Below, in pieces: positions 27,272 through 36,558 of a stretch of DNA of 64,000 nt. Made by a program: the position numbers and the translations under genes. The number at the start of each line of letters is the position of its first letter. The first letter of the stretch is position 1. The stretch lies in IMG/VR virus record IMGVR_UViG_3300045988_166882; one strand, written 5' to 3'. The notes under the pieces were generated by a model. It was not told the DNA's origin. It ran no database searches and saw only the letters and a list, made by a program, of their open reading frames with translations. This DNA comes from a virus.

Positions 27272-27664
27272 ATGAAGACTCTTTATTACCTTTTGAAGCG
27301 AACCAACGACTCCGGTAAGCCCTCCTATCACCAGTGGTTGCGGTCGGGGTTGATTGGCCGTGGCCGTGGCTTCTCCGAAACGGCCGACCCGGACTTTGCG
27401 TTCCGGACTCAGGACCCCATTGAAATGGTAGTCCACTACGATTATCTGAAGAACGTCCTCCATTCGCCCTACGAGTGGGAGGTGGTGGCCTATATGATGC
27501 CTACGGCGCAGCGTTCGTGGGCTGACCAGCGCCAAGTTTCCCAGTACGAAAACGTGTTGCCGGCGCGTGAAAGTATCACGGCTTGGCGTGAACGTATTGG
27601 CACGGCCAGCCGTCAAAACGAGTATCACCACAAATTCAAAGAACTTTCGGAAAACTACCAATAG
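27272..27664 (+). CDS. hypothetical protein
   Basis: ATG at 27272 (MKTLYYLLKR...). The track start at 27155 is TTG inside the spacer. Confidence 0.55.
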   Translation: MKTLYYLLKRTNDSGKPSYHQWLRSGLIGRGRGFSETADPDFAFRTQDPIEMVVHYDYLKNVLHSPYEWEVVAYMMPTAQRSWADQRQVSQYENVLPARESITAWRERIGTASRQNEYHHKFKELSENYQ

Positions 27665-27665
27665 C

Positions 27666-28328
27666 ATGAGTCACATAGATCGTATTCAGAAATTCAGCGG
27701 TATGTGGTACTACCGCGGTGAGCAAACCAAGGCGTTCACCATCGTTGGCCAAGCCTGCGTGTGTAAGTCTTTTGGTGAAGACGAAGAAGGAGAGGCGGCG
27801 TTGATGATCGTGTACGAAGGCAAGGAGAAATGCTACCCTGACATCATCACCCGTGAGCAGTTCCGCGCCGCTCCGGTACACCCGGAATACCTTTTCGAAG
27901 GTGACTTGGTATACGAAGAGTACTGCGGGAAGGTATTGGGCATTTTCCGCGTTTCGCTGCACGAAAGTGAAGATTACGTGCGGTTGGTTCGTATGGACCC
28001 CATATCAGGGACGGTAAACGCCCAAACCGAACCGTTCACGGCTCATCGTCGGATACGCCGTGATGAGGAAGAAGTGATGGTTCCCTCCGAACATCACCAA
28101 ACCGGACATTCGGTATTCAGATACGCTTCACCGCGCAAGATTGAAGCCCTGTTCTACGAAGCCCGGCGCAACAACGTGAGGCTGCTCGCCCACAACATCA
28201 GCAACCTCATCTCCGAGAAATGCGCCTACGTCACCGATGAAGGCCAAAAAACTCTCATCGACCTCGAAGCCGACTTCAACCGTATCATCAACCGTCTCAA
28301 CACCCTCACCGATGGCCAAGACAAGTAA
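27666..28328 (+). CDS. hypothetical protein
   Basis: ATG at 27666, 2 nt after the upstream TAG (MSHIDRIQKF...). Confidence 0.55.
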   Translation: MSHIDRIQKFSGMWYYRGEQTKAFTIVGQACVCKSFGEDEEGEAALMIVYEGKEKCYPDIITREQFRAAPVHPEYLFEGDLVYEEYCGKVLGIFRVSLHESEDYVRLVRMDPISGTVNAQTEPFTAHRRIRRDEEEVMVPSEHHQTGHSVFRYASPRKIEALFYEARRNNVRLLAHNISNLISEKCAYVTDEGQKTLIDLEADFNRIINRLNTLTDGQDK

Positions 28329-28521
28329 AGCGCGGTTCTTCCGCGTTGGCGGTACGTACACCCACCCTACGGGCGTTCCTTTTCAGGTACTGAAGATACG
28401 CCCTAACGACAAGCAACTTGGCGTTCAGTTTATTGGCGCCGACGGATCGCGTTCTACGACGTCGATCGACTTGGTAAAACACAAGAAAATGCTCCAACGA
28501 GGAGAAATCGAAGAAATCTAA
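28312..28521 (+). CDS. hypothetical small protein
   Basis: ATG at 28312 (MAKTSKARFFRVGG...). Confidence 0.45.
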   Translation: MAKTSKARFFRVGGTYTHPTGVPFQVLKIRPNDKQLGVQFIGADGSRSTTSIDLVKHKKMLQRGEIEEI

Positions 28522-28526
28522 TATCC

Positions 28527-28997
28527 ATGGAATTTACACCCGAAAATATTGGCCAACTCCCCGACGACGGCGTGTTCGTGTTTGGCTCTAACACCGATGG
28601 CCAACACTGCGGCGGCGCGGCCTATACAGCGTTGATGCGTTTTGGCGCCGTCAACGGCAACCCCGAAGGTCCGCAGGGCCGCAGCTACGCCATCCCGACG
28701 ATGGGATACTGGGATTCGTTTTCACACGGAACTACAGAAGTCCTGAGGTATAAAATACGTATACCGTTTGACGAGTTGGTAGCAGCGTGCGACCGCTTCC
28801 TCGTTTACGCCAGCCAACACCCCGAACTGCGGTTCTACGTGACCAAAATCGGTTGCGGAATTGCAGGTTGGAAGGTTGAAGAAGTAGCACGGGCGTTTGC
28901 CTTGGCCTTGGGGTCATTCTTGGTACCGCTGCCGGACAATATCGTTTGGCCGCAGGAGTTCTACGAAATACTGAAGGATTATGGCGTGGTTGATTAG
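28527..28997 (+). CDS. conserved phage protein with GSN-x-x-G-x-H-x-G-G-AA motif (function unknown)
   Basis: VFVFGSNTDGQHCGGAAYTA...GRSYAIPT...YVTKIGCGIAGW. I recognise this motif pattern as recurrent in phage proteins but cannot name the family. Confidence 0.55.
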   Translation: MEFTPENIGQLPDDGVFVFGSNTDGQHCGGAAYTALMRFGAVNGNPEGPQGRSYAIPTMGYWDSFSHGTTEVLRYKIRIPFDELVAACDRFLVYASQHPELRFYVTKIGCGIAGWKVEEVARAFALALGSFLVPLPDNIVWPQEFYEILKDYGVVD

Positions 28998-29751
28998 GCA
29001 GGAATCAGGCGGCTACGTCTTGGCTGAACAGCACCCCATCGTCCAGAACGGCGCGTTGTACTTCAGCGAAAGCGACACCGTGGGCGTTACCCCCCAACAG
29101 GCAGCCATACTGCTTCACGGCTCAACGCTCAAACCGGGTGAGTGGGTAGCGTTGAAACCCTCAACGGCCCACTTCCTGAAACCGGGTTACTACGCCGCCA
29201 ACGCCGACGGCACGTTACATTGGTTCGAACGCCGTCCGCAGCGTTACGAGGGCCAGTGGTACCACACCGACTGCCGCTCAGAAATAGTCACGCGTGAACG
29301 CTTGGAAGGGAACTTGGAGCGTGTACCTGAGCCCACCGACGCCGAACCTACGCGCTACGGCTCGCAACAGGCCCGCCACGCGTCGGTAGTAGGCACGGAC
29401 GTACTTACGGCCCCGGCGTCGAAAGAACTCTTGGATCGGGGCATAAAGCCGCGAAAACAGCTGGGGTTCTTGTTGCGTCGCCGCCGGTATTCCGGTACGC
29501 TGTTGACGGCTCACCCGGCACGCGTGTTTGACGGTTTGAAAGACTACCGCTATCAGCCAGCGTTTACTTTGGAAGACGCTATGTGGGAACTGTTGAAATA
29601 CGGGCGTATTCGCTTTGAGCGTATGAGCGACGAACGCGTGATGGTAACCATCGACCAGTCTAACAACCTGTTCATCGATCGTAATATCATCCAGTCGGTG
29701 TTTGGTGCGCTGTTGTACGCCAACGCGATGTTGGAAAAAGAATTGCCGTAA
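28981..29751 (+). CDS. hypothetical protein
   Basis: 256-aa ORF. Confidence 0.55.
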   Translation: MAWLIRQESGGYVLAEQHPIVQNGALYFSESDTVGVTPQQAAILLHGSTLKPGEWVALKPSTAHFLKPGYYAANADGTLHWFERRPQRYEGQWYHTDCRSEIVTRERLEGNLERVPEPTDAEPTRYGSQQARHASVVGTDVLTAPASKELLDRGIKPRKQLGFLLRRRRYSGTLLTAHPARVFDGLKDYRYQPAFTLEDAMWELLKYGRIRFERMSDERVMVTIDQSNNLFIDRNIIQSVFGALLYANAMLEKELP

Positions 29752-30314
29752 TGGAAAAAGAATCTAAATACTACTACGTTGCCGAACCGGGCACGGCGAC
29801 CTACGCCAAATTAGACGCCTTGGCGTGGAAACGCTTACACGCTTGGACTGCCGCACGGGCGTTTACACGTAAAGTTGGCGGAACCCGTTGGAACGGACTG
29901 CGAATGGTCTGGGCTGGTGGCATTAGGTCGGTTGTATTCGAAAACGAACCGCCGCGCGACCCTGAGGCTTGGGTGATAATGGACAGTCCGCTGTTGAGGA
30001 CCTACCGTCCGCGTGTCTCCAACGCCAAGGGTAAGGCCCTCTATGAAGAAATGACGCTCCTGCCGCGTGTTGGTATAAACGAAGTGAACGCCATTGTAAA
30101 CTATACGGACTATTTAATGGGATTGTGCGTTGACGTTGAGGCCAACGTCCGCCGTGACCACACTCCCGCAGTCCACGGCTTTGGCGTTGGCGCGTGGTTG
30201 GTTGACACACACCGCTGCCGAATACCAGCCGATGTACGCCGCGTGACGGAGGAAGAGTTCAACCAACTCACAGGCCGTAACGACCGCTTGGCGTCAAAAC
30301 GCAAAAAGAAATAA
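29751..30314 (+). CDS. hypothetical protein
   Basis: 187-aa ORF whose start overlaps the upstream stop (TAATG). Confidence 0.55.
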   Translation: MEKESKYYYVAEPGTATYAKLDALAWKRLHAWTAARAFTRKVGGTRWNGLRMVWAGGIRSVVFENEPPRDPEAWVIMDSPLLRTYRPRVSNAKGKALYEEMTLLPRVGINEVNAIVNYTDYLMGLCVDVEANVRRDHTPAVHGFGVGAWLVDTHRCRIPADVRRVTEEEFNQLTGRNDRLASKRKKK

Positions 30315-30317
30315 GAA

Positions 30318-30512
30318 ATGGATGATCGAGTATTTGGCGACGTTAAGTTCGTTGACGAACCAGAAACCGCGCCGCGTGACGCCGAACGGTTCGCATTCGT
30401 TGACCGTGGACTGAAATCAGGCGATTTGACGACGGCTGTTGGCGGGTATATAGACCGCTCAGGCGTGTTTCACATCCAAGAAGTAAGTATCGTAAAAAGT
30501 GATAAGAAATGA
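30318..30512 (+). CDS. hypothetical small protein
   Basis: 64-aa ORF. Confidence 0.45.
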   Translation: MDDRVFGDVKFVDEPETAPRDAERFAFVDRGLKSGDLTTAVGGYIDRSGVFHIQEVSIVKSDKK

Positions 30513-30537
30513 AAGATTTTGTTAAACCACACGCGTT

Positions 30538-30696
30538 ATGACTACGTTGGATGTATTGGCGCTTATCGGCGTGGCTATATTTATGGGCCTTATCTGGGGC
30601 TTGGCGATTTGGTTCGTCATCGTAAGCCACGGCGCAATACGCGAAGAGCGTCTCCGTCAAGAACAATATGAACGCCAAAAACGAAAAACACAATGA
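30538..30696 (+). CDS. 52-aa single-TM micro-protein
   Basis: MTTLDVLALIGVAIFMGLIWGLAIWFVIV followed by a basic tail. Its stop overlaps the next ATG (ATGA). Not in the track because it is shorter than 60 aa. Confidence 0.45.
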   Translation: MTTLDVLALIGVAIFMGLIWGLAIWFVIVSHGAIREERLRQEQYERQKRKTQ

Positions 30697-30917
30697 GTAA
30701 GCGAAAAGGCCCTGCGCTGTGTACTACACCGCGCAACAACGTCCGATTGAGCGTCAACGACCTGCGTTTGGTAGTCGATCTTTTGGAGGTCGAAGCAGGC
30801 ATCAACCAAGCACACGTCGTGTACACCCCAGAACAGTGTGTTGAATTGGCCAACCGCCTGCGTTGGATTTTGGTGCGTGAACGTGAAAAAGAAAACCGTC
30901 AAAACGAAAAGCGATGA
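30693..30917 (+). CDS. hypothetical small protein
   Basis: 74-aa ORF, translationally coupled on both sides. Confidence 0.5.
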   Translation: MSKRKGPALCTTPRNNVRLSVNDLRLVVDLLEVEAGINQAHVVYTPEQCVELANRLRWILVREREKENRQNEKR

Positions 30918-31186
30918 TAACACTCAAGAAGGGAGCGTTAGAACACTACGTCAAAGCACAACGCCGGAAAAACTACTACAGCAACCCGGCGTACAAAAAG
31001 CGTTGTAGACTGTGCGGCGCAAAGGTATTATTTCGACATGAGGAAATCGTCTCGCGTCATTCGCTTCTATTTCCAGACTGTGTTTTGTGTCCCGAGTGTG
31101 GTCAAAAAATTGATGTGAATAAGGGGGAAGGCTATATGTCGTATTGGCGTTGGCGGTTGTTCTACGAGAAAAAGTGTAGTGAATGA
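30914..31186 (+). CDS. Zn-ribbon protein
   Basis: CRLCGAK...CPECGQK. Confidence 0.5.
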   Translation: MITLKKGALEHYVKAQRRKNYYSNPAYKKRCRLCGAKVLFRHEEIVSRHSLLFPDCVLCPECGQKIDVNKGEGYMSYWRWRLFYEKKCSE

Positions 31187-31521
31187 AATACGAAATCTAT
31201 AAAACACGCGACGGACTCCTGATCCCTGTACTCTACCCAGAGGACGCGGGTCAGGCGTTTCGCTTAACCGTACCCGACGCCGTGAAGGTCAGCGAAGGTA
31301 CGGCGCGTAACACCATCGCTTACGGCGTGGTCCCTGTACGTATGCGCCGCCAACCCTTCCCGGTACGTAACAACATTTGGCGGGACCGTGAATTGCTTGG
31401 CGCCCTCAGTGGCGACCACAACCGCTGGGCCTTCATGGATTATCGTAACGAAGTGGCGCCACCGCTATACCTTCATCACGCCAACGAAGACTCCGACGAC
31501 CCTACAATAGTAGACGTTTGA
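31183..31521 (+). CDS. hypothetical protein
   Basis: 112-aa ORF with an ATGA overlap. Confidence 0.5.
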   Translation: MKYEIYKTRDGLLIPVLYPEDAGQAFRLTVPDAVKVSEGTARNTIAYGVVPVRMRRQPFPVRNNIWRDRELLGALSGDHNRWAFMDYRNEVAPPLYLHHANEDSDDPTIVDV

Positions 31522-31564
31522 CGCCAACAGTTATTATTTCCAAGAAAAGTAATTGTAAAACACG

Positions 31565-32803
31565 ATGGAAAAAGATTTCAAACAACTCCTCAACGCCCCT
31601 ATACCTCCGGAAATCACTGACCCTGTGGCTTGGAAGAAATATCTGGTGATGAAGGAATCGTCGACTTTGAAGCGTATTCACGTCTTGGCGTCGGACGGCA
31701 CAGAGATCAACCTGATGTGGTTCCCGCGGACGTTGCGTGAGAATATAAAACACCTGTCTACCAGCGAGCGTGAAGAGATACTCGAAATGTACGCCGCGCG
31801 CCGCAAAGTCCAGTTGACGGCTAACCGCTTATTGGCCGTTGCGCGTGGATCGTTCGAAATAGCCCGTAAACGCCGCCGCGAAGAGCGTGGCGAATTCGAC
31901 GCCTTAAACTGCTCGGACGTGACGCTGGTAGAGGACATTAAGGAACTTTTGGGGAAGATGTTCACCCCCAAGGAAGTGGTCCGTATTTTAGCTGAAAGCC
32001 GCGAAATACAGGTAGAGTTGGAATACGTCCAAGACGTGTTAAAACGGTTCATCAACGACATCGAAAAACGCCGTGAAGAATTCCGTAACCGCGTCCAAGA
32101 CGTGCGTCTGTATTCGAAACGCCCTCGCTTAGAGGAACTCAGCTGGATGTACACCCAGATGAAGACGCGGTATAAGGCCCTACGTTCGAACGACGCCTAT
32201 AATTCGATGCTTCGCACTCTGGAGCAGATCCGTAAAGAGGCCGAAGGCGACCAAATCTTCATCAACGGAGCCATAGACGTCAACGTCGAAACAGAGATAC
32301 GCCTCCACATCCAGCAAACCATATACAAATCGGTCAACCTCAAGGAGATAATCCTTGGCCGCGTGGCTGCGCGTATGAATTGGGACTTGGCGAAATTAGT
32401 CGCTGGCCTCCACAACTCGTATTACGCCCGTTTTATGCCTACCAACGACGAATACGATCCCCAAGCCGAAATGGAGTACCCGTCGTCGATGAATTACGAC
32501 TTCAACCGTATTCAACACAACCACGCGGTGAGTGGCGTTGACGAAGTGGAAGACGTTAAGGCCGAACCCCTCACCGAGCAAGAGCGTACCTCCAGCGAGG
32601 CCATAAAGCAGCTATTCCTCCAGCGTATCGCTAAACAGCGTGAAGCCTTGGAAGCACCTAAACAGCGTGCTGACGCCGAAGTGGACTTTTGGCGTTCAAA
32701 GTTTAATAAGACCGCGGACGAAGACCACGAACTCACACGCGAGGAAGGGCGCGTACCGCAGCACAAGTTCAATAAAAAGCAAAAATCTAAATTCAAGAAG
32801 TGA
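31565..32803 (+). CDS. hypothetical protein (helical, highly charged)
   Basis: 412-aa ORF with a basic C-terminus. Confidence 0.6.
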   Translation: MEKDFKQLLNAPIPPEITDPVAWKKYLVMKESSTLKRIHVLASDGTEINLMWFPRTLRENIKHLSTSEREEILEMYAARRKVQLTANRLLAVARGSFEIARKRRREERGEFDALNCSDVTLVEDIKELLGKMFTPKEVVRILAESREIQVELEYVQDVLKRFINDIEKRREEFRNRVQDVRLYSKRPRLEELSWMYTQMKTRYKALRSNDAYNSMLRTLEQIRKEAEGDQIFINGAIDVNVETEIRLHIQQTIYKSVNLKEIILGRVAARMNWDLAKLVAGLHNSYYARFMPTNDEYDPQAEMEYPSSMNYDFNRIQHNHAVSGVDEVEDVKAEPLTEQERTSSEAIKQLFLQRIAKQREALEAPKQRADAEVDFWRSKFNKTADEDHELTREEGRVPQHKFNKKQKSKFKK

Positions 32804-33372
32804 TGGAAATTCAAGAATTCAAAAGTCGTTGGAATTGCCAGCCCATCGAGTTGATCTCCGGAGCGGAGGCTGACGTGTTGGTCAACTTAGACCGTGAGCG
32901 CGACGAGCGTGTACGCTACGTCACCGAAAAGGTTACGGCGTTCGGTTGGCAGGCGTCGAAAGTGATCCCTGTGGCCGACGGTATGTATGACCGCGTTCGT
33001 AACTTGGTGATGATTGGCGACGACGTGGTCGGTAAGTCTGTAACCACGACCACCACGGTACGTTCGTTCGCCGAGTTCCGCGCAGACTACGAAGCGATGA
33101 TGGCCGAACTTCAGCGTCGCGTTGACGATTCGGACTACGTGCTGGGCGCCATCCGTTCGCTGGGCTTCGACGTACGTGAAGACACCGTCGTGGAGAAGGT
33201 GTCCAGCGTAACCATTAGCGCGATGCATACTCGTATGGGCGTGGAGTTTGTAACCGCGTTCGCTAACACCTCGGCAGTGGTGTACCTCCCGCTGCGCCCC
33301 GAAGAGCGTAACGTACGATTTGTGGCCGTGGCCGGAGCAGGGTGGTACAAGGTGACGTTCGCTAAACGATAA
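32800..33372 (+). CDS. hypothetical protein
   Basis: 190-aa ORF with an ATGA overlap. Confidence 0.55.
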   Translation: MMEIQEFKSRWNCQPIELISGAEADVLVNLDRERDERVRYVTEKVTAFGWQASKVIPVADGMYDRVRNLVMIGDDVVGKSVTTTTTVRSFAEFRADYEAMMAELQRRVDDSDYVLGAIRSLGFDVREDTVVEKVSSVTISAMHTRMGVEFVTAFANTSAVVYLPLRPEERNVRFVAVAGAGWYKVTFAKR

Positions 33373-33390
33373 CGAAAATTCAAGACCAAA

Positions 33391-33930
33391 ATGGACGACA
33401 AATCGACATTATTCGCCGCGCTGGTGTGCGCCTTGGCTATCGTCGTGGTGTTGATCGTGGAACACCGCCCGTCTTTCTTCTGGTGGCGGTATTTGTTCGG
33501 GTTGGAGAAAACCAGCCCTGACGAAATGGAGTGGAACGAAGTGGTACAGCGTATTCGTAAGCGCGTATACAAAGCATACAAGCGCCAACGCAAGTGCCTT
33601 TCCAACGGTATCATCGCTACCTACGGAATAGAACAATACGACGACGGTGTATACCGTGAGTGGTTGACGCTTTACCCCAAACGCGGTTACAATCCTCAGG
33701 TCCCGATCGTCATCATCGACCTTCAAACCAGTATCGCCTCAGTTGACGGGCTGGGTCCCAAAGAGGACTTCGATCCGTACCAGTGGATGATGGAGCAGAT
33801 GAGTAACGACACGTGCTACGAAATCGCCAAGCGGGCGTACATTTGCGAACAGAAGGGCCACCGGGGCGATACCGAACGCGCCAAGGTACAACAGGAATAC
33901 ATTTCGTGGATAGCGCGACGGTTCATCTAA
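33391..33930 (+). CDS. hypothetical protein with N-terminal TM helix
   Basis: LFAALVCALAIVVVLIV near the N-terminus. Confidence 0.55.
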   Translation: MDDKSTLFAALVCALAIVVVLIVEHRPSFFWWRYLFGLEKTSPDEMEWNEVVQRIRKRVYKAYKRQRKCLSNGIIATYGIEQYDDGVYREWLTLYPKRGYNPQVPIVIIDLQTSIASVDGLGPKEDFDPYQWMMEQMSNDTCYEIAKRAYICEQKGHRGDTERAKVQQEYISWIARRFI

Positions 33931-33984
33931 CAACGTTATACTACGTGACGCCGCGAGGCGATATAACTATCATTTTACAAGTTT

Positions 33985-34020
33985 CCCCCAGTAGACAAAA
34001 CGTCCGCTGGGGGTTTCTGT
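33985..34020 (+). terminator. rho-independent terminator
   Basis: CCCCCAG (33985-33991) pairs with CTGGGGG (34007-34013), followed by TTTCTGTT. Confidence 0.6.
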
Positions 34021-34068
34021 TGGCGGTTTACGAAAAATAATTCTCTTTTGTTGGAAGATTTTTCGTAA

Positions 34069-34104
34069 TTCTCTTTGAAGTCTTGGAGATTTACACTACC
34101 TTCG
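34069..34104 (+). promoter_or_regulatory. Bacteroidota sigma-A-type promoter, cassette copy P2
   Basis: TTCTCTTTG, a 19-nt spacer, then TACCTTCG (34097-34104). A partial second copy lies at 34041-34065. Confidence 0.6.
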
Positions 34105-34137
34105 CTCTTGGAAATGAAACTTAAACACTCGAAAACT

Positions 34138-34251
34138 ATGAAACGCTTTAATCTTATCTCCGCTCTCGAAATTACGGCCCGTGTGCTGATGATTGGTGGA
34201 TTGGTAGCCGGAACGCTGGCTGTCCTTGGATTGATAGTTTCGTTGTTCTAA
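34138..34251 (+). CDS. 37-aa TM micro-protein (45 aa if started at 34114)
   Basis: MKRFNLISALEITARVLMIGGLVAGTLAVLGLIVSLF. First ORF behind P2. An in-frame ATG lies in the conserved leader at 34114. Confidence 0.4.
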   Translation: MKRFNLISALEITARVLMIGGLVAGTLAVLGLIVSLF

Positions 34252-34265
34252 AAACTGCTTGGAAA

Positions 34266-34481
34266 ATGGATAAGAATCGTAAACAACTCGAAGAGCGTGC
34301 CGCTTGGGCGCTGTGTATTATCGTAACCGTGATCGTCTTTGGCGCTACGAATATAGCCTACTTGGGCTGGCGCTTTGAAAACTTTTGGAGTAAGACCGTG
34401 TGGCTTTCGGTGGCTGGCGTGATGACGCTGGCTGGAATAGTAGCTATCGTCAAAATTATCGAACGTCTCAACCGTAAATAG
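34266..34481 (+). CDS. two-TM small membrane protein
   Basis: 71 aa with hydrophobic segments WALCIIVTVIVFGATNIAYLG and VWLSVAGVMTLAGIVAIV. Confidence 0.55.
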   Translation: MDKNRKQLEERAAWALCIIVTVIVFGATNIAYLGWRFENFWSKTVWLSVAGVMTLAGIVAIVKIIERLNRK

Positions 34482-34485
34482 CCCT

Positions 34486-34593
34486 ATGACACGTGAAATG
34501 ATTATCGCCGCCGCGTATGCCGCTGGCTACGACGCTGAAACGCCCAGCGTTACCGAGGCTGAAGCCTATTTGGCCGCCGCCGTAAGATTGTAA
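34486..34593 (+). CDS. possible 35-aa micro-protein
   Basis: MTREMIIAAAYAAGYDAETPSVTEAEAYLAAAVRL fills the gap to the next gene. Confidence 0.25.
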   Translation: MTREMIIAAAYAAGYDAETPSVTEAEAYLAAAVRL

Positions 34594-34612
34594 AACTAAA
34601 TCGTATATCAAA

Positions 34613-34933
34613 ATGAAATCCAAAACCCTCAAACAGTTTATCGCTGAGAAGCGCAAGAGCGACGTACAGCGCCCCGACGCCGTGATGAAAGCGTTGGATC
34701 GACTCACCAGCGTGAAGGACGGTGTGTATTACGGTTCGGCCGTTATCATCAACATCACCGACCTCGAAGGTAACGTTCTGGCCGACGCAGCTATCAACGG
34801 TGAGCAGTTAGACGGCCTTCGCGTTGCGCTCATCGAGGCGTATCGCCAGACGCTGATGGCCAAGGAGACTGTCGCTGCGTGCGAAGTCCGCAAAATGCAA
34901 CGTTTTATTAACGAACTTAATCCCCAAAAGTGA
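34613..34933 (+). CDS. hypothetical protein
   Basis: 106-aa ORF. Confidence 0.55.
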   Translation: MKSKTLKQFIAEKRKSDVQRPDAVMKALDRLTSVKDGVYYGSAVIINITDLEGNVLADAAINGEQLDGLRVALIEAYRQTLMAKETVAACEVRKMQRFINELNPQK

Positions 34934-35262
34934 TGAATCCCCTGTACCGTATCGGCAGCCGCGTGAAGGTTAAGACGTGGCCCGAAATAGCTGAATACCT
35001 CGGTTTGGACTACGAAGAACGCGACTTCTTGGAATTAGAAGGTATCGTATACGACGAAGCCAACGACGACCCTATCGGGTTGTTGGACGAAATGTACGAC
35101 GCCGCTGGTAAGGGTGAAGACCCGTGCCTAATCGTTGGCGGTGATACCGAGGACGAGTTCCCGACCTACCACCTGCGTAACCTACGCACAGGCCAGATGG
35201 TGGAACGAGAACCGCGTGCGCCGTACCAGTTCCGTGATTGGATGTTAAAACTGACGCGGTGA
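34930..35262 (+). CDS. hypothetical protein
   Basis: 110-aa ORF with an ATGA overlap. Confidence 0.55.
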   Translation: MMNPLYRIGSRVKVKTWPEIAEYLGLDYEERDFLELEGIVYDEANDDPIGLLDEMYDAAGKGEDPCLIVGGDTEDEFPTYHLRNLRTGQMVEREPRAPYQFRDWMLKLTR

Positions 35263-35495
35263 TGACTAAGGACGAAATAATACGCCAAATCGAGGATGTC
35301 CGTCGTCAACGCGCCAAGACCGAACGCCAGTTGATAGCGCGAGGACGCGGTTATCCCGTCCACAACGACGCCGAGGTAGAACTCACACTGGAAGAATACC
35401 ACTACGAGGGTTCTTCGTCACGCAGCGAGGAGCGGCTGTTGGCCCTCTTGGACGAAGAACGCGCTAAATACACCACCACCCTAACCTATCTGTGA
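35262..35495 (+). CDS. hypothetical small protein
   Basis: ATG at 35262 overlaps the upstream TGA (TGATG). Product starts MTKDEIIRQIEDVRRQ... Confidence 0.5.
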   Translation: MTKDEIIRQIEDVRRQRAKTERQLIARGRGYPVHNDAEVELTLEEYHYEGSSSRSEERLLALLDEERAKYTTTLTYL

Positions 35496-35496
35496 T

Positions 35497-35988
35497 ATGT
35501 CGCGAATTGTTGGTAAACCATCAGTTCTTGTCGAAGGCAGCGACGCTTTACGAGAACTCATCGAAACTTACGCCACGATGGATATTAAGGCGTTTTGCGC
35601 TAAATGGGATTTGGCGATCGCTACGGTCCGCAGTACGGCGTCGCGAAGGGGTTTACTCCGGCTGAGGGTGAAAGTCCCTAAAAAGGACACCGCCAAAGCC
35701 GTGAAGCCCACCGCGCGTCGCGGTCGTAAGCCGAAGGCAGTTGAAACGCCTCCACCGCCACCCGTACCAGCCTACGAACCGCCAAAAGATATGATTCCGC
35801 CATCGTTACTTAAACAGGTACGTGGTCGTCGCTTGCGGGCTTGGAAAGAACCCTCGTCGCGTGCCGAACTCAACACGATGCCTGTACCGTATCCGTTCAG
35901 CGAAATCGCCGACGCACCCTACAACCGCGGGTTGGATGAAACACCAGAAGAAACGGGTCGCGTTATAAGACACACCAAAAACCGATAG
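35497..35988 (+). CDS. hypothetical DNA-binding-like protein
   Basis: 163 aa with a basic RRGRKPK tract and a proline run. Confidence 0.5.
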   Translation: MSRIVGKPSVLVEGSDALRELIETYATMDIKAFCAKWDLAIATVRSTASRRGLLRLRVKVPKKDTAKAVKPTARRGRKPKAVETPPPPPVPAYEPPKDMIPPSLLKQVRGRRLRAWKEPSSRAELNTMPVPYPFSEIADAPYNRGLDETPEETGRVIRHTKNR

Positions 35989-35990
35989 CC

Positions 35991-36542
35991 ATGGACTATA
36001 AAGGACGTATATGCCGCCTGATCGTTGACGAATTGCCTGTTGACGCCTATGGAATGAAGGTGTTGGCGGCGGCGCGTGACCTGTGGGCCAAGCAGGGTAA
36101 GGTGTGTATTTCCACGGGCCGCGCCTTGGGGCGTGAGTTCCCCGTGGTCCAGATTATCGGTGGTGAACCGATGAACTACCCCCAGCGCGTGATCGACGTC
36201 GTCAACGAACTCCGTTCAGCCAACACCAACGTGCGTATCAAACTCTTCACCGGGTTCCCCGACACGGAGGGGTTGTTGAAAGTAGCACCGCTGGTTGACG
36301 CTATTGCCGTGACCTTGGCCAGCCCGGACGACGAACACCACTTCCGCGTTTCGCGCTTGGGGTTTCGCGATTTTGGTAAAACCAGTATGGAGATACGCTA
36401 CAACTCCACCACCGGAGAAGATCCTACAGGCCGCGTATTTCCCCAGTATTGGCGGTTGGTGGATATGGCTCGTGTTGGTGACTATCTGTTGGAATCGACG
36501 GCCTGGGTGATGAAATACGCCAACGGAACGTTATTTAACTAA
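35991..36542 (+). CDS. NrdG/radical-SAM-activase-like protein lacking the CxxxCxxC cluster
   Basis: VVQIIGGEPMNYPQRVIDVVNELRSANTNVRIKLFTGFP...VDAIAVTL parallels the E. coli NrdG segment SGGDPL...IWVWTGY...VDLINVLVDG. There is no N-terminal Cys triad. Confidence 0.35.
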   Translation: MDYKGRICRLIVDELPVDAYGMKVLAAARDLWAKQGKVCISTGRALGREFPVVQIIGGEPMNYPQRVIDVVNELRSANTNVRIKLFTGFPDTEGLLKVAPLVDAIAVTLASPDDEHHFRVSRLGFRDFGKTSMEIRYNSTTGEDPTGRVFPQYWRLVDMARVGDYLLESTAWVMKYANGTLFN

Positions 36543-36558
36543 AAATCTTGGAAACGAT

